A stretch of 64,000 bases of DNA. Origin: Tricharina praecox (taxonomy: Eukaryota). Numbering within the stretch: the first letter of the stretch is position 1; each line of letters opens with the position of its first letter. A model generated the notes under the pieces. That model ran no database searches, was not told the DNA's origin, and saw only the letters and a program-made list of their open reading frames with translations. The position numbers were made by a program, and so were the translations under genes. Location: contig NW_026250403.1 of assembly GCF_024521635.1 (NCBI RefSeq), forward strand, positions 62,001-126,000. The letters run 5' to 3'. Shown one piece after another: positions 13,218 to 24,388 of this stretch.

Positions 13218-14695
13218 ATTCGCCCTTTCTGTTCGTGACGGATTCTAGTGGACGGTGGGCGGGCCGTTGTTTGAAACAACACAGGCGCGCTAGTTGGGGA
13301 GTATGTAAATGTATTGTAGGGTGTATTATTAACTTATGTTTCAATAAATGGCCGTGGAATTTGATCGAAGCTTGCAATTGACCGACTAAGTAACTATGAG
13401 GACCGGCTTTCCGGGCCGGCTAAAGTTGTTCATATCGGACCGGAGCCGAAGCCGGGGCCGAGTGTGACCTGTGATTTATTTGTCAAACCGCCGCGCGTTT
13501 TAACTGCCCAAAGCTCAAGAAAGAGGGAGGGAGAATTGCGGGCTACCGACGAGTTTCCGGGCTGAATGGGGTTGCCAAGTAGGCCTGCGGAATCGGTTGG
13601 GTTTATTATGACAATTGTCGGGTGAATTGGATCCGGGGCGATGTTGCACTCGCCGATATCATTGAGTTGCAATCGTGGTTGAGGTGAACGAGACAATACG
13701 AGACTTGTGTGAAGTTCAGGCTGTGGTGTAGGTGTACGAGTGGAGTGGAGCGGGGGGCGGAGATCGGGGAGCGGCGATCCTACGTACCTGCAGGCTGCCG
13801 CTGCGACCATCGGAACCTCATCGCATCTTCGCCCACCACACCCAACGATCTATATTTTCACGATGACTTATTACTATATGAAGCAACCTCTACTGCCTCG
13901 ACGAACACGACGTCTTCTCCGTATCCCTCGTGATTCCGCAGGGGCAATATATCGTGTGCATCCGGGGAGGATATCTACCTCCTATGTCAAACGCTCACCT
14001 CCTCTCTCTCTCGCGGATCGACATCGAACGACTGATTAGCTAGCTACCGAAACCATATAAGCAAAGTCTTCTGTGCGCGAGGATATACTGTTGGTTTTCT
14101 GCAGCGAAGAAGGACCGCGGGTTTTTTTGGATGAAGCTGAGCGGCGGACTAGATTGTTCTGTTCTGTTCCGTGGGCGTAGATAAATACGTAGTTGCTGCT
14201 AGGTGGAGGCCCGAGGGAAGAGGAGGCCGGGATATCTTCCGTGCGGGTGTTCTTCTTATCGTGTGTTTCGGGTGACAGAAGGCGGAGGTGTTTTCTCGGT
14301 GCGGTGGGGCTAAAGAGAAGAGCGAGATGCAGCGAATATAGTAGAGACGGCCAGACTTCCCAATCCGTCGTGATGACGATTCCAGACCATTGTCGTATTT
14401 GGTGGCATAGTCTCATAGACAAGTGCCTACGCGGTCTCCCCTGTATGCAGAGACTACGACATCGCGTGTATGTACATAAGAGAGATCGCCGCTCGTGGAG
14501 ACAGGGTATGGAGACACCCCCGAAACGGACCCGAAACACATCAACCCCCCATTGCCCGCACTCACGCGAATTCTCCACGCTCCCTACCACATATAATCCA
14601 GTGCGTCGATCCTGCCTGCTGGTTGGCCTGCCGTCTACTTCCCGATAACTCACAGCGTTACTATGGATCTCACCGTAACCTCACACTGAACTGAA

Positions 14696-15644
14696 ATGCC
14701 CTCGTTCTCGCACTGCCTAAACCACCACAATGCCCACAATGCGCCCGCTATCTTGGTCTTCGTTCCCGTCATTCTCGCCCTCGTCGCTGGACTCTCAACG
14801 GCGCAGACCGTTCATGTGGTGCAGGTGGGGCGCCGCGGCGATTCGCTCGCACTTCGATTCACGCCGGAAGATACCACCGCCGACGTCGGGGATATGGTTC
14901 AATTCCAATTCTACCCGTTGGTGCGTTTGTCCGTTGATGAGTTGCTGGCGCATGAATGACGGCTAACGAACGGCGGCGTGGGCATAGAATCACTCGGTTG
15001 CCGAAGCAACGTTCGATAAACCGTGTGTCCCCGCCACTGACGACACCTCAGCACTCGGCAATGCGTTCTGGTCTGGCTTCCATCCGCTGCCGACGGACAC
15101 AGAGATCGTATGTCCCCCTTGTGAACTCTCTCTGACCGAAGGACGGCGAGCTGACTGCGTATAGCTCGATACGTTCACCGTCAACATCACCTCCATCGCC
15201 CCAATCTTTTACTATTGCTCGCAGGGCCGCCACTGCATGCAGGGCTTCGTCGGCACCATCAACGCCGGACCCGACCAGCTCGCTGCCTTCAAGGCTGCCG
15301 CCGGCGTAGCACGGGACTCCCTCAGCCCCGGCGAGTCCCCCTCTGCACCGGTGCGAGATCCGGAGGCCAACGATGACAGCGATAGTAGCGACGATGGTGG
15401 AATCGTGACAACGAACCGATCACAAGGGGGCGATTGGAATGTTGCCGCTGTGGTTGGGGGAGTGTTGGGCGGTGTTGCGATCATGATGTTGATGGTTGTT
15501 GTGGTCGTGGTGATTATCGTTAAAAGGAGGAGGAGACAATGGAGGAGCGGAAAGTACCGCAGGAGGTCCAAGAGGAGGAAGAAGATTGGGCTTGAGGATG
15601 TCGGCAAGCCCGTCCTCAAGGCCGATAGTGCTGGGTTGTCATGA
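14696..15644 (+). CDS. Cupredoxin-domain (fungal 'extracellular serine-rich protein' type) type I membrane protein; introns 14921-14987, 15108-15164
   Basis: Signal peptide, VHVVQVG..LRFTPE..A.VGD.VQFQF, NHSV..TFDKPC, FWSGF, PIFYYCSQGRHCMQGFVGTIN, acidic/Ser linker, TM helix, basic cytosolic tail. Confidence 0.88.
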
Positions 15645-16262
15645 TTGTACGTTTTGTGGCGTTCGTTCGTATGGGGTTAGATGGCGTTTATCCGGAGAGC
15701 GGCAGAGGGGATACCTGGAGTTATTTGCTTTAACATGGGCACGCGGGAAGTGCTTTTTCTTTTCCTATATACCTCCATAGAGTTTCGGATAATGGAGAGT
15801 GATTGGTGTAGAAAATGGAGTCGAACTTTGGTGCGTGAGATCTTATTCATCCCCCCCAAACATGATGAGGATCCACCAATATCCGTCGTGCTCCTATCTC
15901 ACACGCAGATATTCCGATACAACAGTGAACTTGTACGTAACTGGTTAGGTGGATGATGATAGCTGTGAACACTTACCCCTGGTCAAGGTATGTAGTTGTC
16001 ACGGAGATCACCGGGCACTCCATTGATCTGGCTGGGTCATTGTAGTGAGCGACGATTCGTACAATCTCACTGGTCCTGCCTATCGTCTACCAACGAGTAC
16101 GGTAATACACCCAACAGGACTCTAATCCGGGCCCCGTCCACACCCAGGAAAATGCAAGTGCAACACAACAGTCATTAATAGTACCCAGTACTGCAATCCC
16201 TCTTGAAACCCCCATTCACTATTCTCACCCCCACGCATTCTCACACCTCCCCTCCTTCGTAC

Positions 16263-17411
16263 CTATGCATACTGCAACTCGAACCTCAACCTCGTCAAGC
16301 GTAGAAATCTGTCCCATACAAAAGTGAAGCAGAGAGCCATCTCCCAGGGAAAGAAGACGATGAAGGTGAAAAGGTAGACCGTGAAAAAGAGCCACCTCTT
16401 CTCACGTCTCAGGAACCGCCGGCTTCTTCCGCGTAGCATGAACCTGCGTAGCATGAACCTACGTAGGATGAACCTGTGTATGCCGGCCGTGAGTAGCCAG
16501 CAACATAATATCTTCGAGATTACGATCATGGGATAACGTTCAGTGTGGGCGAGCGACTCTTCTACCGATCGCTTCGGAGCGTGGCGATGTAGTTCTGTAT
16601 AGCTTCTGATTGCCGGACTCCAACCTTTCATCCCGGCCGCATACTTAATGCTCTGGGGAATGTCTGGATAGAGCGACTGGCTGATCCATTCCCATGTGAC
16701 GTATTCCTTTCGTAAGTTCAGAAACCATCTTTCGCCATGGAATCGGCTCCAGAATCTCATCATCCGAAAGAAGCCCCCCGAATATGGCCCCACACCCCCA
16801 ATGAGATGCTTCAAGTCTTTCCAAAATGCCTTGATAAACCAGCGGTAGAACTGCAACGTTCTCAACGGTCTCAACCATCGCGGCGCGAGAACGCAGATAA
16901 CTTCCATGTATCGGTTCGAGTTGCAAACGTAACCTATCGGAGTACGGCTCATAATCTCCAACCACGACACCACCGCCCACACTGCGTCCACCGGATGCCG
17001 GAATATCGATGCAACCCCAGTTCTTGCTAATTCTTCGGCCAGCGGTATCGCAGTTCGCCATCCATCGATACCACTGCATACCAGCAGCAATGTAAACATT
17101 GCCGTCACTAGGTACCGCACGATGGCGTTGGTATATTTTATCGTCTGGCGGGCCCATCCTTCCGTCTCGTGCTCGTTGAGGCAAGCCCTTACGGCACGGT
17201 AGATGGCGTAGACGGCGAGCAGTCGAACCGTCAACGGCCCGACGACGTGGAAGAATACGTAGTGGAAGAAGATCTCGAGGAAGAAGTGAATGTCTGTCGG
17301 AAGTATCGTAGAGGCGGTGGGATTCCATAGCCCCTTGTAGACCCAGGTCCAGATCCGCGAGATGGCCACGTCCAGGCGGTGATCCACGTATCTCGCCGCC
17401 AGGAGAAACAT
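16263..17411 (-). CDS. Hypothetical multi-pass membrane protein (~382 aa), W/F/Y/R-rich
   Basis: 1.2-kb open frame with several hydrophobic segments. First ATG at 17411. No family recognised and the start is uncertain. Confidence 0.55.
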   Translation of the reverse strand: MFLLAARYVDHRLDVAISRIWTWVYKGLWNPTASTILPTDIHFFLEIFFHYVFFHVVGPLTVRLLAVYAIYRAVRACLNEHETEGWARQTIKYTNAIVRYLVTAMFTLLLVCSGIDGWRTAIPLAEELARTGVASIFRHPVDAVWAVVSWLEIMSRTPIGYVCNSNRYMEVICVLAPRWLRPLRTLQFYRWFIKAFWKDLKHLIGGVGPYSGGFFRMMRFWSRFHGERWFLNLRKEYVTWEWISQSLYPDIPQSIKYAAGMKGWSPAIRSYTELHRHAPKRSVEESLAHTERYPMIVISKILCCWLLTAGIHRFILRRFMLRRFMLRGRSRRFLRREKRWLFFTVYLFTFIVFFPWEMALCFTFVWDRFLRLTRLRFELQYA

Positions 17412-18914
17412 GTCGGGTGATATTTGCGGGGCTAGGTGGTGTTCGCCGACGAGCTGAGAGATAATAAAGAGCTCGAGGCCGACACGTGGGATATTCCAAA
17501 CCAAACAAAGGAATAAACAGAGCTTTGTTGGAAATGGCCTTGCAGTATGTATGTTGCTAAGTGGTCTTGTGTTTCGTAAGCATTAGCCGAAACGTGAAAG
17601 TGTTTTTTCTACATACTAGTCAGCGGGGGAGCGCGTGACTTTGATGATGTGGTTTCGTACATACCTAGTTAACACTAGCAAGAACACAAATAGAGAGAGC
17701 TTTGGTTGGAGACGATCCAGGTGGGCGGTGGACCAAGTATCAGCAGTGAGTACTGTTGGTACGTGAGGGAATCCGAAGGAAGGCGGCGCGCGCACACTGG
17801 AACCCGAAAGCGGGCACATAGTCGAGCGAGACTGTGACGTCGCCCGGCAACGGGAACGCTGAATGAAGTGTGATGGAGAAGTTGAGGTTCTATTCAACTT
17901 TGGAGTGACACCTTATATGACCCTTCTCCGCTGCTACAGACTAACCTAAATCGATGCTCCACCATTCGGAACCCCCCCGATCCGACTAGTTATCTTATCT
18001 TATCGATCGCCATGCTCTTATCCACCATCTCTATCTTAATTACATAGCGCTCCTCTTAACATAGTGGCAGACAACAGACTGCCAGCACCCTCGAAACCCT
18101 CAATCGTTGGTCCCAGTGCCCAGCTAGGTAGCGTAGCGGCGATCGCCGCATAACGAATACCGAGCATCTACCTAGTGAAACGGGTGGTGCGAAGCGGGTT
18201 GGTGCAACTGGCGAGTGCAGCTGGCAGCTGAGGCTAAAATGGTGGGGTGGTGTGGAAACAGACGACTCGAAGCGAGATCTCGAGACCGGTGGTACGGAAC
18301 CTATCACGCCGATCCAATCCTTCTCCGCTCCAACTACTATTTAAGTCCCAGTGGCCCCCATCCTGGCCGTTCTGGCCATCCATATATCAACACCCGAAGT
18401 GAACGTGCGTCATTCGTTTCTTGCCATTGGCAGCTCATCGGCCGCTACCGTCTCGATGAAAAAACGACTTTAGCAAACGGTATTGGTCTTCATAGGTGAA
18501 AATCGTTCGAGACATGGTGATTGAGAAGTGCAGCCTACAGGCGCTTGACGGGCGTAAGAAGCCCATGTACCAAAAGCAGATTCATGAGGACAAAGACAGG
18601 TGGGGTGTTTTCTGTGATGTCTATTGCCCAAGCTCGGCGATTGGTTCCCCCTCATGTACATTCCCCATACTACTCTATTTTGCTCCCAGTTCAAGTATCT
18701 AGACGATATATGTACATCAGTAACTACTGGTATAATCTACCTCTCATCATTGCTTGCTTAGCTCGCGTGAATGTTTGAATCCACTCATGCTGCATAACTC
18801 GAATTGTCGGCATTGTGAGCTCGATGGGTACCCCCACCGCCCCCCGCCTCCCTCCCCCACTAAAATCAGAGTAACCGTCTGGTCTTGTATCGCTCGCACT
18901 GACCACGTGCACCG

Positions 18915-20120
18915 CTACGTCCAGTAGAAAGTGCCCAGGCCGCCGCGCACTCCAACATGCGCCCCCGTATTCCCGCCGTGCACCAGCCGGTCCCCATCAT
19001 CATGATCAGCGTGCGCGCTGGCAACAGTCCGCGACCTCGTGGCCTCCCTCCATCCTGCAATCTCGTCCCTCCTTGCGCTCTCGATCCTCATCCTCTGCCG
19101 CCTCTCTCCACGAGCAAACACCACTTTCCTCATGGCCGGCAGTACGAACGCGATCTCGGCCATGGTAATCTCGAGGAACGCCAGTCCCGTCGCCCAGTAG
19201 TATTTATCGAACGAGGCGATCGCGCCGCCGCCATTGACATCGTAGGTGTGGCGGGTGGATAGGATGGTGAAGCGCGCGACTGCGGCCGAGATGGAGAGCG
19301 TGCCGAAGAAGAAGACGAAGCCGACGCCGCGTTTTTCCGGCGAGGTGAGTTTGAGGGAGCCCAGGAAGTGGAGCGGGATGCAGAGCAGGAGGATGTCCGA
19401 GGTGATGGCTAGGACTACGTAGACGATGTTTACGTTGCGGGAGTGGATCGGGGTACAGGTTTGGCCGGTCATGAAGAGTCGCTCTAGGTCCCTGGGAATT
19501 CTTTCCGTGAGAAACCAAATCGGACGAAAGAGCAGCGTAGAGGAAACTCACCAAGTGAGAGATAGCGGTCTGCAGTCGAGGAAGCTTACCAAGAGAACAG
19601 CCACGTACGAAAGCGGCATGAAACAGAAAGAGACATAGTAGAGGGCATTCTTCTTCATGGTCTTTGTACTCTCATAGAGGGCGGCATAAAAGAACATGAA
19701 GCCCATCTTAAAGGACCACATAATGGTCACGGTGATGATGTGAAAGCAGAGGAGCGCCTGATTGTTTGTCAGTTGGAACGGTCAGAATGGTCGACATCTC
19801 TCTCGCTCGAGTCGTGAATTCTCTCGTGTACGTACCTTGAGCGTATCCACGGTTGTGAGTCTCACGATGACCTCCTCCTCCTTATGGGCGTGTCTTCGAA
19901 TGCGGATCTCCTCGACGATTACCGGTATCATGCTGTATCCGATTCCCAACAAGAGACTCATCCCGAAAACGAAGCAGCTATCGCTCAAGTACCCGAACGC
20001 CCTGCGCTTCTCGCCCCGGAGGAAGTAGAAGCGCAGGGGAGCAAACAGCGTGGCTACGATGAGCATCACAAGGAAGCAGACGAGAAATGTGCGTGCGCTT
20101 CCGACACCGACGCCGGGCAT
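18915..20120 (-). CDS. PTH11/SAT4-type fungal rhodopsin-domain integral membrane protein (no CFEM); introns 19758-19835, 19492-19551
   Basis: Seven hydrophobic segments with family motifs LRF, SD, W..K...FFY, CRPLSLTW, SDILLLCIP..L.L...K, AVARF and LE...A....LP. Both introns splice in frame. Confidence 0.88.
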
Positions 20121-23100
20121 CGTGTTTTTGGAAGTTGCTGTTGATGCTGGGGTTGGGGGCGGGGAGGTTGTGACCGTGTGAAATAGCCGGTCGCAATGGT
20201 GGGGTCATCTTTGCGAGCTGTCGTATATAGGTGTCGTAAAACATGACGGAGGGGTGGGGGAGGTGGGGGGCGGCGCAATGGTGATTCCGTTACAGGTACG
20301 ACGTTCTTTGCTGCTGCAAGAACGGAGTTCGCCATTGGTTGAATTCTGCGAGTACGTTTCAGCCTTGGGGGTTTTGGAAGACGGTCGTGGCACTCAATGC
20401 AATCACTGCAAATCACCCACCGACGCACAGCCGACGACCCAGTCATTATTCGCACCACATAACGTGGTACATATATGCCAAGAATAGATAGATAGTGCTG
20501 ACGAGAAGGAATCGTCGATACTCCATGACATATGTAGACTCCAGAGTACGGTAGCTGTGGCCAATCCCGAGTGGCAGTGTAGGATATGCACGACATCCGC
20601 GCGCCATTCGCAGAGCTGATTGACCGACTCGGTTGTCGACTCGGCCGAGCAGAGTCCGCAGCAACTTCTCGGCGCAAACTCGGGAGCGGGCAGAGGGGCC
20701 GACGGGGCGCCTCGTGGCTGCAGCGGACTCGCATCGATCAACCATGTATGTATAAAAAAGCCTCGTCCGCCTGTGGTTCCATATTGCGCGCTGTTTCCGT
20801 GGTTGCTGATTGGGGTTGACGTTTTCCGTGCGGAAGGGTTAGATACGGCACTCTAGGTAATAGATGAGGATAGGATCACTTCCTTCGCACTCTACATGTG
20901 ACATATCGTTCAATAGCACACAAATCCGCGGAAACGCACGGCCATCCAGCAGGCTGGGGCTTTTCTCGTCCGCAGATTATCCGACGACTGGGAAGTCCGA
21001 TTTACTGGAGTACCCTACATCTTCGACTGCAGAGGTTATTCAAGCGGACCGGGAATTTAAACCGCCGTATCACCCCCAACTGCGGAAACGGCGCGCGATA
21101 GATACACAAATGTCTCTGAAGGCCGGGATCTTGGAGCTTGCTTGCGTAGCTATCTTGCTGTTCCGTCCGGACTGCAGAGAATGGGTCCGCTTAACTCGGG
21201 ACAGGAATACCAATACGAACCTCTCTGAGCAGGGCTAGCTAGTAGCAACCTACCCAGTCGACAGCACGGCGTGACTGGGTAGGCAATGGACGTTCTGCGA
21301 AGTATAAATAGCACGCAGATCTTACTCGGCAGGGTGCACCAGTGACCATCGCACCAACTTACCTCTGCATACGTATACCTATACTCTAATTCTCCTGCTT
21401 CCGCCTTGCATATTCTTCAGTTTCGCGATAGGACGGATGATCTCCCACTGAGCTCATCGTCCGTCGTGAGTTGCAACTTGATGGGTACTACCACTGGCAC
21501 CTATATGTAGCAAGCGATGGAATGCGGGGGATCATCCTTGTGTACTTCTGCCTTGCACGCTCCGGGCTTTGAAAAGTCTTTGTCAGACTCGTCCGGAACA
21601 TGGCACTGCGCACTGCACTCGTTCCGTCACGTGCTGATCTCCAGTGACCATTAGCAACCGACGGACGTTTCGGCGAAGATCGTTTGCCGTCGCTCCCGAC
21701 GCTGGAGGCCCCGTAGATCGGAAGGATACGGTACCCGGACGAGGAATCCTCCTTTCCCCGCTTGGACGCGGGATCCCAACATCCCTACATACTCTACATA
21801 CGTCCGATTAGCGATCATCGGGAACACGAACGAAGCTTGGGGGGGGAGGGGGGTTCGACCGGGCAGTGCCGTAGGTACCGTATCAAACCGTGGCACGACC
21901 GCAAGCAATGCCAGAATTCCGCGCCAATACAGTCTCTTGTTCTACATATGTAGCATGCACATTCGCCAGGAAGGTGGCATTGCACTGTGTGCCAAGACCG
22001 GACTGCGCCGATCTCGAAGTCTGCGGTGAAACTCGGGGTAGGTACTTTGGACACGAGTACCCCCGGCGCTGGCCACTCGCAACCTTGTGGGAAACTCTTG
22101 ATTCGAGGGCGGTCGGTCAAATCCGTTGGTTGGGATGATGGGTGACTACAAAGGCCAGGTAGCCCCAGGACTTTCATAGGATCATATGTACTAATCCTGT
22201 CTTTAGATGTGTTACATGTCATATGTCATATATACCAATGAGTCCGCGCCTTCGTTCGTCTGTTCCGTGGTTGCCGCGGGCCCGGAGTCCGACTCCCCAG
22301 TCCAACTCGTTAAGATACATATCTGGACTATTATGGTCTCACTGGGTGTTGTACAGCCTTGATCTACGCGGAAGCCTACGTGATCGTCGACCTCCAGGCT
22401 CCAGTGTCAGCCAGCCCGAGCCTAGCGGATATACCTCCTGGGTAGCTCTCTCGCCCGTCGGACTTGGGCCCCAGTCCGTTTTGCCAGCACTCACGTTGCC
22501 CGAAGGCTAGCGTCATTGCGGTTGATTCCCTAGAAAGCCCGACTCGATGGCATAGGTGTCGCGAGTGCACTGGTGCTAATTAAGTACCTAGTGCTGGGCC
22601 CACGGAATTCATCCTTTACGACACGATTGGAGTTGTCGCTGAGTTTCCTCCGAGCCTCGTGAAGCCTCGTTATGGCCATAGGCAACCAGATTCAAATCCC
22701 CGCCAACTTTCCAGTCAAGCTGTGCAGCAAGCCGAGCCATAACGGTTCCGCAGTCAAGAGGAGTCTCGGACGATACTGAATCGATATTTTAGTCCTTGTG
22801 CACTTATCGATCGTCATTCCCGTTTACCTCACCGAGTCATGGTCTGTGATCCTGCCTGGTCGTTACATCACCCTGCAACGGGTAGGGTACTCACTCGCTT
22901 CCTGTTTCGTGCTCTAGGTCGGGTCCGTATCCCAATGCCCGGCTACGGGCTCCATAGAAAAGCCGACCAGGGTCGCTTGAGGCGGCGATCCTAGCTAGTT
23001 GAGCTTCGACAGCTGGCTGTGGGGAGCACAGAGTGCCACTATGCACCTACAGCCGCTGTTTGTTCCCTTTACACGACATCATTGTGGCGACAAGGCCCTC

Positions 23101-23194
23101 CAAACGAATGGGCTTCCGTGGAATGATACAAAACAAAAAGTTAATCAACATCCCCCACACCGGCTCGGGAGTCGAAACCCTTCGCCGAAACTCC

Positions 23195-23199
23195 AAAAA
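23195..23199 (-). terminator. Pol III T5 terminator of the tRNA
   Basis: TTTTT on the minus strand, 4 nt after the discriminator base. Confidence 0.75.
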
Positions 23200-23202
23200 G
23201 TG

Positions 23203-23284
23203 CGACCACAATGGGACTCGAACCCACAACCTCGGACTGTTTCCATGGTAGGAGGTCCGCGCGCTACCATTGCGCCATGCAGCC
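23203..23284 (-). tRNA. trnR(CCU): tRNA-Arg, anticodon CCT, with a 10-nt intron (CCATGGAAAC)
   Basis: Reverse complement folds as a cloverleaf: GGCTGCA TG GCGC AATGGTA GCGC G CGGAC CT-CCT-A [intron] A GTCCG AGGTT GTGGG TTCGAGT CCCAT TGTGGTC G. Intron sits at the canonical 37/38 position. Confidence 0.93.
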
Positions 23285-24010
23285 AGCTCAGATGGCTATT
23301 TCGGCAGCCTAACCAATCTAGACAGCAGCTAGACTCAGCGGTGAATGCCGACCAGCTATTACAGTAGATACATTAACCAGTGGCTAACATAATTGTCTTC
23401 ACGGGCGATCGCTCGTATGCATGCATACAGCGCCTATTGCTACCCAGCATAGCGCAGCCGCCGATAGTGTACTGGTTCATATAGTCGGCACATCATCTCT
23501 ATATCCACCCCGTTCGGACAGACCATAGAACGGGAGTTCTGCCGGGGCGCCTCTACATAACTAAGAAAGTAAGTGTCCGCTGGTTGATCAATCCGCATAT
23601 CGTTGGCGATTCAACACCGTGTATGTAAATAGAAACCGCCTGTCAAAGATACTGAGATAGATAGGAGGGTTGGTAGGAAGATAGAACTGAGCAGGTTACC
23701 TAGTTCTTCAGGCTGTGCGGGACATGGGGATGCGGGGATGCGGGCTCAGCACTGACCGCACTGGCCGCACCGGCCGCGCCGGCCGCACCAGCCGCACCAA
23801 GCTTTCTTATAAAAGGCTCCTCTCTTTCTCATCTCTCCACTACCTCCTCTCTCTCTCCTCGACGCAGACGTCGACGTCAACGTCAACGCCCGACAAACGC
23901 CCCGGTATGTGTCCACCTTCAATCATCGCATCTGCCCTTCCGCCCTCCAGGACGCTTTCGTTTCCAAAACTGACACACATCCAGCACCAGAACCTGACGA
24001 CTACGACGCG

Positions 24011-24388
24011 ATGCTCAACTGCCTCATAGCGGCCACCGGCGGCACTGGAGCCTCCGTACCCGCTACCGTCAACCACACCGTCCCGATCGAAAACCCAATC
24101 ACGGCCTGCGGGCTTGACTGCTCCCACGGTCGCGGCGGATGAGCCCCATCCAATGGTGCTTCTGGTTCGCGATTTCACCATCCGAAAGGAGCTGGAGAGG
24201 GAGAGAAACCGGGCGTTGGAGCTGCGGCTTCCGAACGTCTGCAAGTGGGAACACCTTCCCGGCAGTAAATTTACCAGGCAGGTCACCGACTACCCACCAC
24301 CGAACGCGACGAGGAAAATGCATCTAACACATTGCGATCTATACAGACAGCGGAACGAGAAAGCGCCGCGGAGGCAATGGCAAGCTAG
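24011..24388 (+). other. Possible small spliced gene or lncRNA (~74 aa model)
   Basis: TATAAAA near 23808, a 5' intron GTATGT(23905)...CTGAC...CAG(23984), ATG at 24011, and a later CTAAC...TACAG acceptor. The middle splice needs a weak GAG acceptor. Confidence 0.3.

Noticed and set aside
21249-21283. 11-bp hairpin CCTACCCAGTC/GACTGGGTAGG (and a 9-bp hairpin at 60516-60544)
   Set aside because: Isolated short stems with no supporting context; could be chance.
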